46,250 bases of DNA from Octopus bimaculoides (taxonomy: Eukaryota): NCBI RefSeq assembly GCF_001194135.2, contig NC_068984.1:60551011-60597260 (forward strand). The letters are read 5' to 3'. This document shows positions 24,442 through 35,589 of the stretch, one piece after another (the stretch's first letter is position 1; each line of letters starts with the position of its first letter). The notes below the pieces were generated by a model. It was not told the origin of the DNA. It saw only the letters and a list, made by a program, of their open reading frames with translations, and did no database searches. Both the position numbers and the translations under genes were made by a program.

Positions 24442-24909
24442 ACACTGTCTCTCTAATATAAACACACACACTGTCTCTGTAATATAAACACACACACACA
24501 CTCCAGGTTTGATTTTGTTATTACACAAATATCACATTACAATTTTGCAATTCAACATGTGATGTCCCAAAAAATACGGGCAGTCTTTTGTTTTAACCCG
24601 CACACTTTGTTAATTTCCGTAACAATTATTTATTTATTTACTTTCCGTGTGCTGTGTTCAGCTCTATGTATTTGTAGTCAGTCACAAATGCACGTGTGTG
24701 TTTTTTGTATGTACGTTTGTATACATTTATATATGTGTGTGTGTGTGAGAGAGAGAGATTGAGTGAAGGTGTGTGTTGTCACATACACATTCATACATAA
24801 ATATATATAAGCATACTTTTTTTATGTATGTGTATGTGAGACAAAAAGATAGTGATGTCTAAGTGGTATTNNNNNNNNNNNNNNNNNNNNNNNNNNNNNN
24901 NNNNNNNNN

Positions 24910-24967
<58 letters not shown>

Positions 24968-25054
24968 ACACACACACACATACATACAAAAAAGATGTAT
25001 GCATATTTATTTATGTATGTATGTATATCTGACAACACCCCTTCACTTACCCTA

Positions 25055-25087
<33 letters not shown>

Positions 25088-25090
25088 TCC
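24400..25090. repeat. (CT)n/(CA)n microsatellites around a unique segment and a 39-N gap
   Basis: Direct inspection. Confidence 0.85.
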
Positions 25091-25384
25091 ATTCCCTCTA
25101 CATATATCTTTCACTTTCTCCTCTCTTTCACTTTAAAACAAAGGTAAATAAATCAAAATTCTTAATGGAAATTAATGAAAAAAAAAACAGCTGTTCATTT
25201 GGGCATTTCTGTGAGTTCACCCCGAAAGAATGCCAAAGTATGCGACTAAAAAAGAACTTTTAGCAGCAAAGGCATGATGGCAGACAGTATCTTAAAAATT
25301 ATTAGAATTGGGAATCAATGTGAAAATATTATCAAGTGGTTAGCAGAAAACTGCTTGGAGGGCAGTCTTTCTGCTAGTATATAT

Positions 25385-25553
25385 CATCATCATCATCATT
25401 TAACGTCTGCTTTCCATGCTAGCATGGGTTGGACGATTTAATTGGGAACTGGCGAACCAGATGGCTACACCAGACTCCAATCTGATCTGGCAGAGTTTCT
25501 ACAGCTGGATACCCTTCCTAACGCCAACCACTCCGAGAGTGTAGTGGGTGTTG
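25385..25553 (-). mobile_element. SINE-like retroelement family A, 5'-truncated
   Basis: catcatcatcatttaacgtctgctttccatgctagcatgggttggacg...ccactccgagagtgtagtgggtg. Confidence 0.88.
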
Positions 25554-26324
25554 ATATATTTATATATAAATTATTAAGGTGGCTATTTGTAATTTAAATA
25601 CCAAAAGGCACAAGTACAATCATCACTAAAGTAACTAATGGTTCAAATCAGCTTCAGCATTGCTAGAAATAAGAGTCAAGTCAACTCTTAGCCATGGGTA
25701 GAACACTTACCTATTGACTGACAAGGGAGAACAACCTCCCTCCAGTAATATATAACAGGCTGCTTTCAGGTTCTGTCTTACGACATCCAGTCACAAGACT
25801 TTCATTGTTTTGTAGTTATAGTAGAAGACACTTACTCAAGATTCTGTACTGTGGGACTGTAGACCTGACTACATTGTTGAGAAGCAAGCTTCTTAGTTAG
25901 ATATCCAAGCCTGCAGCTACACATCAATGCCTGTTAAAGTGGTAAAGGGTAAAGATAGCCATGCTGGTTGTATGCCTCATTACACCTAATGGTTTTTAGT
26001 CATAACACTTGTCTTGATAATGGTACTGAGCTTACTTGATGCTGAGTATATGCTCTATCAGCCTTTAAAGTCATTTTCTGATAACAGCAGAATGGACTGG
26101 AGAAACTTAGAAGTAAAGTGCTTCAATCCAGGGCACAACTTGCTTCCAAGACCAGAAATGGAAGAAATGGTGTTTTGATCAAGAACTTAGCTGTCTGACC
26201 ATTAGTCCACGTCATATTATCATGCATGTACACAATTACACACACACAATTACACACACACACATATATATATAAACTTTTTTCCTATAGATGCAAAGTT
26301 AGTGGAAGGAGGCTAGTCAAATAC

Positions 26325-26445
26325 ATTGGTCCCAGTATTCAACTGGTACTTATTTCATCAACCCTGAAGCGATGAAAGGCAAAGTTGACCTTGTTGGAAT
26401 TTGAACCCAAAAATGTAAAGCTGGATGAAATGCCACTAAGCATTT
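26325..26445 (-). mobile_element. SINE family D fragment
   Basis: cccagtattcaactggtacttattt...gatgaaaggcaaagttgacc...ttgaacccaaaaatgtaaag. Confidence 0.7.
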
Positions 26446-26462
26446 CATACATACATACTATA

Positions 26463-26854
26463 TGTGGAGGTGCAATGGCCCAGTGGTTAGGGCAGCAGGC
26501 TCGCAGTTATAGGATCGCGGTTTCGATTCCCAGACCGGGCGTTGTGAGTGTTTATTGAGCAAAAAAACCTAAAGCTCCACAAGGCTCCGGCAGGGGATGG
26601 TGGCAAACACTGCTGTACTTTTCCACCACACCTTTCTCTCATTCTTTGTTCCTGTTTCTGTTGTACCTGTATTTCAAAGGGCCAGCCTTGTCAATTTGTG
26701 TCACGCTGAATATCCCGAGAACTACATTAAGGGTACACATGTCTGTGGAGTGCTCAGCTACTTGCACGTTAATTTCACGAGCAGGCTGTTCCGTTGATCG
26801 GATCAACTGGAACCCTTGACGTCGTAAGCGACGGAGTGCCAACAACTTTATATA
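26463..26854 (+). mobile_element. tRNA-headed SINE family C, full length, with TSD
   Basis: A box tggcccagtgg, B box ggtttcgattcc; 16-bp TSD atacatacatactata at 26447-26462 and 26855-26870. Confidence 0.92.
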
Positions 26855-27229
26855 ATACATACATACTATATATAATATATAATGATGACAGAAGTGCTGG
26901 TGGTGGTGGTGGTGGTTGTGGGGGTGATGATAATGCTGATGATGGTGATGATAAAGTGGAGGAGGAGGAGGAGGAGGAACACTAGGTGGAGTTGAAAAAT
27001 TTGTAAATTATTATACACAGTTGAAGTGGCAGTGTCATTTCATATGTCTTCCTTCATTAAGATAAGCTTGATATGTAACAGAACACATTGTTTATGTTGA
27101 AAGTCATATTTGCAATATTCACATTCTCTCAAACAACATCAGGCCTAGCTAGCAGGTGGTCGATGAGATCATTTTTCCATCGCATATATTTGGCTTCAAT
27201 CTGTACCATATTTTTATTTATTTATATAT

Positions 27230-27475
27230 TTCTTCATTTATGTGTGTATGTGTTGTGTGTGTCTCTCTATCTATGTATATGTGTATGTATAATATCCATA
27301 CATACATAGGTGTGTAAATATATATTTATGTATGCGTATATATGTATATGCAGATACATATAAGTATATATGTCTGTTTATCTGCTGTGTGTATGTATGT
27401 GTGTATATACATGCATATACATACATACATGGATATATACACACACATATACATTTATATACATACATATATGTG

Positions 27476-27554
<79 letters not shown>

Positions 27555-27605
27555 TTATGTATGTATATATATGTGTATATACACCCACACAAACACACAC
27601 ACATG
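27230..27605. repeat. Compound (TA)n/(TG)n/(TACA)n microsatellite
   Basis: Direct inspection. Confidence 0.95.
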
Positions 27606-28420
27606 TGAAGGAGGTTGTGGTGGAAACAGAGAGAACAGAAATGGCAGTAAACCGATAGAACCAAGCTAAAAGAGAATATTATAATATATTCTTGTGATTA
27701 ATAAATAACAATGGTATTCCTGAAGGAGAGATATCCAATAATATATTCTGCTCATATCTCCAAATTATAATTTTTTTTCTTTTTGTTTTTGCCTCAGCTT
27801 TATTTATCTCACTTCTTATGTAACCTTAAGCAAAAACATAAGTTTTTTTATTTATTTTTTCTCTTCTTCATTTAGTTTTTGCTTGATAATATTTCAGCAA
27901 ACTAAGGTTAATTAATTTTGGTGTAGGATTTGTAGTACTTGATTTTCTCCTTAAAGAGTGGAAAAGGGGGAAAAAAAAACCAAACCAAAAAAAAGAAAGG
28001 ATCCTATATTTTACTTTATCTATAAATATATTATATTTAAGACTGTATCTCTCTCTCTCTTTTGTGTATTTGTGTGAATATTAAAAAGTAATTGCCATAA
28101 TCATTTTTGCTGTTGGAAAAAAAAATGTTATTTTAAAAAGATAACTTTATTCACATCTGGAAAAGTGAATTCTGTACAGAAAATTTATAACATGATTTAT
28201 TTTCTTTTTCTTTCACATTTGGATCCTGTAATCTCTTGAAAACAGAATTTTTTTTGTTTTTGTAAAATTTATCATGAATACATTACACATAGTAATAAAA
28301 CACCTCTGTTTGCATATTAATGCTACTAAGAGTAGGCAGATCAGACTAGGGATGAGCTAGGGATGTGAAAATTAAGAGGTTAGTGAACCTAACAGATTTG
28401 AGACATTGAAATAATTTATT

Positions 28421-28583
28421 CAGGTGCAGGTATGGCTCTGTGGTAAGAAGTTTGCTTCCCAGCCTTATAGTTCCAGGTTCAGTCCCACTGCATAGCACTT
28501 TGAGCAAGTGACTTCTATTATAACCCCAGGCTTTGGAAGTACATTTGACAGACAGAAACTGAAAGAAGCCCATTGTATATATA
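28421..28583 (+). mobile_element. SINE family B left half
   Basis: ggtatggctctgtggtaagaagtttgcttcccag...gacagaaactgaaagaagccc then (TA)n. Confidence 0.82.
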
Positions 28584-29060
28584 TTCTTTTATTCTTTTAC
28601 TTGTTTCAGTCATTTGACTGCAGCCACGCTGGAGCATCACTTTTAGTTGAACAAATTGACTCCAGGACTTATTCTTTGTAAGTCTAGTACTTATTCTATC
28701 AGTCTCTTTTGCTGAACTGCTAAGTGACAGGGACATAAACACACCAGCATCAAGCGATGGTGGGGGGACAAACACAGACACAAATAACAAACACACACAT
28801 ACACGCACACACACACGCAACAAAACCACTACAACCAGAAACNNNNNNNNNNCACACACACACACACACACACATATATATACACGCACACACAACAGAC
28901 TTCTTTCAGTTTCCATCTACCAAATCCACTCACAAAGCATTGGTCACAAAGCTTTGGTCAGCCTGAAACTATAGTAGAAGACACTTGCCCAAGGTGCCAC
29001 GCTGTGGGACTGAACCCGGAACCATGTGGTTGGGAAGCAAGCTTCTTACCACACAGCCAC
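28584..29060 (-). mobile_element. SINE family B, full length, with internal (CA)n and a 10-N gap
   Basis: Both halves present in antisense; head ends at gcttcttaccacacagccac. Confidence 0.9.
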
Positions 29061-29065
29061 TATAT

Positions 29066-29628
29066 AATTAATAGAGGTCACAAAATCGACAGAGAGTACT
29101 GACTAGCATCACTTTTGCTAAAGATAAGAGTTAAACTAATTGAAAAGCCACAAAATCTCTGTCTTAATGACTGACATTAAGACAGTAATTATGTGACCTT
29201 TGAGTTAGTTTAACTCTTATTTCCAGCAGTAGTGGTGCCAGTCAGTACTCTCTGTCACTTTTGTGACCTCTATTAATTTTGCCTTTAGGTTCAAATTGCT
29301 AATAAGCCACTCTTTTTTATTTGTTGTTTACACTTTTACGGTCTTGAAAATCAGTACATGTTTTCAATGGTTTTTCTTATAAGAATGACACAGGTAGTTG
29401 AGTTTAACCCCAGGTGATAAGAGTCACTGATGAGGATTAAGATGGTCTACATCAAAATTGGAAATCGTGATCCAGCTATATATGATGGGGACTTACCTCC
29501 CTTCGTCAGTCATTAAGACAGTGATTTTGTGGCTCTTGAGTTAGTTTAACTATTATCTTTAGTAAAAGTGGTGTTAGTCAGTACACTGTATCATTTCTGT
29601 GATGTCTATTAATTTTGCCTTTAGGTTC
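29066..29628. repeat. Fold-back element: one arm followed by two inverted copies
   Basis: 29066-29169 pairs with 29175-29278 (5-nt loop); a second inverted copy lies at 29505-29614; both inverted copies continue into ttgcctttaggttc. Confidence 0.88.
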
Positions 29629-30338
29629 TAATTAACTTCAGACCTACTAGACAATGATCAACCCAGTAAGGAGCATGTAGGGCCTAGCACTAGGAGTATG
29701 AATTTATTTTGGGAAAAGTCATGATTGGAGTAACTTTTAGATTACATTTCATGATTTTTTTTGTTATTCTTAAACATTTTTGAAGCTTCTTTAAAATAAA
29801 CTATGTCAAAGAATTTACCCTGATATCCTAAACACAGTACCTTATAAAGATAAAATACAGTTTTGGGTCTTTATTTTAGATGACAAACTTAATCTGTCAT
29901 TAGTTTTAAACCCACCATCTTGTCCTTGGGTGCCATTTTCAGATTTCATTCAGACTGGGTCATTGGTTTGAAGACAACTTTCTCCATTCCTCCTATTAAT
30001 CATAGAGGCCCTGAAAGAAAACTTTGGGAGCATGAATATTAGCTTATATTTTGTAAGTTGTAGGGAAAAAAATGGAAGGCAAATGTCATCAATTGTGTTC
30101 AGATTAGCTCATCATCTCAAATATTAGAAATGTTTAACTTTTTTGACTTTCCTCAAAAACGTAGTCTCATATCTCACCTAATTCGTTGATTGTTGTCCAC
30201 TTGGACTGAAGTTGTAATTTAGGTCCTTTGCTTTAAAGTAATGCTAAAATATAAGCATTAAGAAAATTATGCACCAGGTCTCATAAAAACTGAAAACATA
30301 TGTTCATTTTGCGGCCCCTGTAAATTGTGAGACATTAA

Positions 30339-30541
30339 CCCTTTAGCATTTAAACCAGCCATATCTGGCCCAAATATTCTACCTATTTTCTCTTCAAATT
30401 GGTCAGATTTGGCCTCTCACTACAAACTTATGATGTTATTTACATTATTGAAATCTTAAAACTTTGAGATAATGCATTCAAAACAATGTGATTTTAAAAA
30501 AAAACATAGCAATTAGACAAAGTAATCTGAATTCTAAAGGA
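30339..30541. mobile_element. piggyBac-like MITE (203 bp)
   Basis: TTAA|ccctttagcatt ... aattctaaagga|TTAA; TTAA at 30335-30338 and 30542-30545. Confidence 0.75.
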
Positions 30542-30715
30542 TTAACATGTAGCTTATTTAACTTGTGCCTAAATCTGGCAGTTCTGCCTCCCAAATTTGA
30601 AGCCTTATGACTATGTTAAAAATTAATATTTCTATATCATCTTTTTTTAATGGTACACTCACAGGTTGCTTCTACCATTCTTTTTCTTTCAGCAGTGAGA
30701 GAAATCTCTAAGAAT

Positions 30716-31175
30716 GGTTTCAAATTTTGTTACAGGGCGAGCAAATTCAGGGGAGGGGGTAAGCCTATAACATTGACCCCAGTGTTCAACTGGTACTTAT
30801 TTTTTAAACCCCGAAAGGCAAAGTTGACCCCAGTGGAATTTGAACTCAGAATATAAAGACAGATGAAATACCACTAAGCATTTTGCCCAGCATGCTAATG
30901 ATTCTGTGAGCATGCTAATGATTCTGTGAGCATGCTGCCTTCAAAGAAACCTCTAATAATAATTTCAAATTTTGGCACAATGCTAGCAATTTCGTGGGAG
31001 GAGGTATGTCAATTGCATGAACACCAGTGCTCAACTGGTATTTATTTTATTGTCTCTGAAAAGATGAAAGGCAAAAATCGACCTCAGTGGAATTTGAATT
31101 CAAAACATAAATACAACTGAAATACCACTAAGCATTTTTCCTGGTGTGCAATTGAGCCTACCAGCTTGCCACCTT
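30716..31175 (-). mobile_element. Two head-to-tail family D SINEs
   Basis: Antisense family D bodies at about 30716-30944 and 30963-31175, separated and followed by agaaacctctaataataa. Confidence 0.82.
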
Positions 31176-32053
31176 AGAAACCTCTAATAATAAAGATCAA
31201 AACATATGATAGATTCAGAAGGAGAAACTGAATAGATTTAAACATTAGCAGTGTGAGATGTTTTGTCAGGATTTATAAACTTAAATTATCTCCAGTTACC
31301 TCATACCAAACAACACTAAACAAAGTTGTATTATGTAAGCAATGCTAGAAGTTTAGTGGTGACTGCCAAAGATCGACACAACAGATGCGATCTGGGTTTG
31401 ATAACCCCATCCAAAATGCTACAGATATTTTTATATTTTATCCATTCAACAAAAAGCAATAAACAAAAAAACTGGACCAAAACCAAAAACTTCATCGGAT
31501 TTGAACATAAATATATTTGAGAGCTATCATTTTAGGGATGTTACTAGAGTAATTGAGAGACCTTTCTCTAATCATCATCGTCATCATCAACCCCTATCAT
31601 CATCATCCTCACCACCACCACCATAGTCGATTTTACACAAGCTTTTCTATTTTTATGTTTGCATTTTCAATTTTACAACTGCTTTCCCATTTTTATATCC
31701 ACTTTCCCATGGGTTGAGCAGAGATTAAGGAATTAAGGCAATGTAGTATGGCTGGATGCTTTTCCTGAAAGCAACCCTTTTAGTCTTCTTTTACAATATA
31801 TACCTAATCTAAAAATGGGACAAATGTATTTATGTATGTAGGTATATAGATATATTGTTAGATTTTTAAAATATATAGCTAAAGTGGAATGAAGTTGTAA
31901 AAGAGGGGGACCCAGAAAGACATAGGATGAAGTATTGAAGGACAATCTCCAAACTTTGAGCCTTGTGAAGGTGATGACAAAGGACCATATATGGTGCATT
32001 GTTATACTGAAGAAGACCTTTCTATTACAACAGAATTTATGTCCTGAAAGCAA

Positions 32054-32387
32054 GGTGCCACAAAAAAAATCATTGATGCTGGTGCCATGTAAAATAGCAC
32101 TGGTGCTGATGCCATGTAAAAAAGCCCCAGTGCTGGTGCCACATAAAGAGCACTGGTGATGGTGCCACATAAAAAGTATTGGTGATGGTGCCACATAAAA
32201 AGCACTGGTGATGGTGCCACATAAAAAGCACTGGTAATGGTGCCACATAAAAAGCACTGGTGTTGATGCCATGTAAAAAGCACTGGTGATGGTGTAATAT
32301 AAAAAGCTCTGGTGCTGGTGCCACATAAAAAACACTGGTGTTGGTGCCACCTTAAAAGCACTGGTGATGATGCCAGGTAAAAAGCAC
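32054..32387 (+). repeat. 26-bp minisatellite, about 13 units (ggtgccacataaaaagcactggtgat)
   Basis: 26-nt period (e.g. units starting at 32161 and 32187); runs directly into a family A 3' module. Confidence 0.92.
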
Positions 32388-32545
32388 CCAGAACACTATG
32401 TAAAGTAGTTGGTTTTAGGAAGGGCATCTACCTCTAGAAATCAAGCCAAAACCGACTATAGAACCTGTTGTAAACCGTGGCCTTCCCAGCTCCTGTCAAG
32501 CTATTCAACATATGCCAACACTGATGATGATCATGATGATGATAG
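32388..32545 (+). mobile_element. SINE-like family A 3' module, diverged
   Basis: gttggttttaggaagggcatctacctctagaaa...ttcaacatatgccaac...(gat)n. Confidence 0.7.
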
Positions 32546-33774
32546 CTGTGTAGGTAGGTATGTAAATTGGTGTGTACATCAGCAAATGTGGTGAAAGACA
32601 GACAGACAGACAACTAGATTGATAGATAGATGACTGACACTGTAACACAGTTTTAACCTGTGGAATACCTCTATCAGATGGTTAGAGATAGAGATACACT
32701 TATAAATATATGAGATTAACATTATATTTTGAAATGGACATTTAAAAATAATATATCAGCATATTTTTTTATTATCTACACTTTGATCAAAATATAGTGT
32801 AGATGTAAATATTAAAAAAATATGCCATTTCCTGAAGATGAGGTTAATAGTACAAAAACTTCATATTAGCAGTAACTCATCTTAAAACATTTATGTAAAT
32901 ATAGATAATCAGGTAGATTGGGATCATAGATAAATCGGAATATGAGTCAAGTAATGACAAATTTGAAAGACATAAATTTTTTGAACCTGGTAGTTTTGCT
33001 ATGGAAGGAAGCTATTTTAATATAATTAAAGACTTGGTTTGAATTAAATCTGAAAATGTATTCTACAATTCAAATATACATTAATATTTTTTTCCATTAG
33101 CTGTATTTGTGTTGCCATAGTAGTTGGTGGTATGTCATCTATGTTTTGTTAGAGAATGAATATTTTATTGTAGCACAACAGTTTGTCAGTAGCATCAGCA
33201 TATATATTGAGATGGTGCATGGAATGTAGTTTTGTGTCATCATAATCTTTCTTCATATGACTACCAGAATGTAACTATGAATACATTTAGAATTAAAATT
33301 CAGTATTACACTGATGAGATCTCTTAAGATTATATGCAACTGAAATATTATTATTATACTTTTTGGTAGTTTTATGCAAGTTTTTACTGTATCACAAAAT
33401 GTACCCCTATGTTCTTGAAATGTCTACCGCATGTCAGTTTCTGGGAGATGTAAACCTATGTCAGTATACTAAATCAGTTTTGCTTTGCTATAGGGTTTGG
33501 CTTCTTGTTTCTGGTGCTGTGTTAGTGTTTCTTTTGTTGTCTAAAATATATACTCTGTTTTGTTTCATTATTTTGTAGGCTGGTGAATGTTTTATATGTG
33601 CTATGTGTTTTAGTGCCAGATTGTTATGTGGTATGTGTGGTAGTTATTTTATTGGGTGATTGTTGTACACAGATGGTGTGTTCTTTGAGTTGTGCTATTA
33701 ACGTGAAACTGTCTTACACAGGATGTGAGTTGTACCTAGTAGAGCTACATGCTATTATTATGATTATTATTATT

Positions 33775-33998
33775 GAGTGAGAGAGCAGTGCATGCCATCA
33801 CAGTGACACGAGTAAAATATATGAAGCCCAGTATACCCATCATGATTACCCGTCTGATAAAGGTACACCAGGTATATGCATCACAACCATATGTACACAA
33901 CATGGTGATCTCATATCAAGATAAACACCCCGTATTTTTCGAGCACCATCTGGAGTATTTGAGCGGTTCCAAGCAGTACTGTTTTCTGCAAGTGCTCC
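33775..33998 (-). mobile_element. 5'-truncated non-LTR retrotransposon 3' end, R4/Dong-like
   Basis: Minus-strand EHLQKTVLLGTAQILQMVLEK resembles the C-terminus of R4-clade ORFs; about 150-nt 3' UTR; (TAA)n on both sides. Confidence 0.72.
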
Positions 33999-34026
33999 AT
34001 TATTATTATTATTATTATTATTATTA

Positions 34027-34110
<84 letters not shown>

Positions 34111-34125
34111 TTATTATTATTATTA
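33999..34125. repeat. (ATT)n microsatellite
   Basis: Direct inspection. Confidence 0.97.
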
Positions 34126-34300
34126 AGGTAGCAAGCTGGAAAAAATTTTGGCATACCAAACAAAGTATTTTGTGACATTTCATCTGTCTTCGTGTTCTGA
34201 GCTCAAATTCTGCTGAGGTTGACTTTGCCTTTCATCCTTTCAGTGATAATGAAATAAGTACTAGTCAAGTACTGAGGTTGATGTAATAGACCCCCCGCCA
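34126..34300 (+). mobile_element. SINE family D
   Basis: Begins right after (TTA)n; ttctgagctcaaattctgctgaggttgactttgcctttcatcctttc...taagtactagt. Confidence 0.75.
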
Positions 34301-34549
34301 GCTTAAAAACTACTAACATGATGCTAATTGCCATCCCACCTTTTATCCACACACTGTATTTAAGAACTAGAGTCTCCAGTACACCTTTCTTTTCTTGCTG
34401 GAGTTTGGCTGTCCTTTCTAGCAGGTTGAATAGAAGGTTTTTCACTGTAGGAATTTGTTGATGTGGTTGTTGTTTTGTATTAAGGTTAGTCCTGAGGAGA
34501 ATGAGCTTTGATCGAAAGCATCCCAAACAAAACTATCCAAAGAAAGAAA

Positions 34550-34883
34550 CACAAAGTGACTGTGTGGTAAGAAGTTTGCTTTCCAACCACACACTTTCAG
34601 GTTCAGTCCTACTTTGTGACACCTTGGGCGAGTGTATCCTGCTATAGCATTGGGCTGGCCAAAGCCGTGTGAGTGGATTTGGTTGACAGAAATTGAAGAA
34701 GCCTGCTATGTACATACATACATACATGCAGGCCTTTTTGCCTGTGTTTGTCCCCACCACTGCTTGACAACTGGTGTTGGTGTGTTTATGTCCCTGTAAC
34801 TTAGCAGTTTGGCAAAAAAGACTGATAGAATAAGTACCAGGTTGCAGTCTAATGACTGAAACAAGTAAATAAAAGATAAAAGA
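34550..34883 (+). mobile_element. SINE family B, near full length
   Basis: Colinear with 45808-46215. Confidence 0.85.
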
Positions 34884-35299
34884 CAAAAAGCAATCTGTAA
34901 GTAGAACAGTAAAAATATGCAAGACTTTCTTAAAGTTTGACATGTAACAATTGTTGTTATCCAAATTCTAATGATGAAGCTTTTGTTTCTTTGACAGAAA
35001 GCAGTTCCCTCATTCTAAAGGAATTCTAATAAATGAAAAGAAGAAAGAGCATAAATACAGTCTTGTGAACTTACCCACTCACTCTTCCTGATCCTCTGTC
35101 CATATAGTTTCTCTTATAGTAATTTTCTTGTAACTTGAGGGTGTATTCTGACACCTCATCACCACCATTTTTTGCTCTGACCAGCTGGTGGAGTCCACTA
35201 TCTCCTCTACAGCAAGGTACATGTTTCTGTATCTCAATACTACACCCCAACTCAGTTTAGAAGGTCTTGTCTTGCAAGTTATTTGATGATCTCCCTAGT

Positions 35300-35478
35300 A
35301 ATGGTGCCATGATAAAAGCACCCAGTACATTATCTAAAGTGTTAGGAGAGGCATCTAAATGTAGAAACCATACCAAAGCAGATCTAGGAGTTTGGTGTTG
35401 TTGTCTGACTCCCTGGAGCCTGTTGAACCATCCAACTCATGCCAACAGGGAAACAGACGTTAAATGGGGATGATGATA
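35300..35478 (+). mobile_element. SINE-like family A, diverged
   Basis: ggtgccatgataaaagcaccc...aggcatctaaatgtagaaac...ccaactcatgccaacagggaaacagacgttaaatg. Confidence 0.7.
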
Positions 35479-35589
35479 TGCAGAGAAAGAGGGAGAGGGA
35501 GAGAGAGGAGAGAGAGAAAGTGAAACTAGCTAGGAGTGTAGATCAGTGAATAGAAGTAAAAGATTATCATGATAACGTAGGTTGAGAAT

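Noticed and set aside
26463-26545. tRNA gene candidates at SINE heads (also 1105, 4010-4090, 16040-16120, 22335, 11071)
   Set aside because: A/B boxes are present, but there is no clear acceptor stem or cloverleaf, no T-run terminator, and each continues into a SINE body with a TSD.
29490-29500. ACTTACCT resembling the U1 snRNA 5' end
   Set aside because: No downstream U1 stem-loops or Sm site.
30889-30936. 20-bp tandem duplication agcatgctaatgattctgtg
   Set aside because: Local slippage within a SINE head; no wider significance. The 24-bp duplication at about 43510-43575 is similar.
31733-32427. Three overlapping minus-strand ORFs (up to 205 aa) and a CRISPR-like periodic array
   Set aside because: They read through a 26-bp minisatellite; units are contiguous with no unique spacers, there are no cas genes, and the context is eukaryotic.
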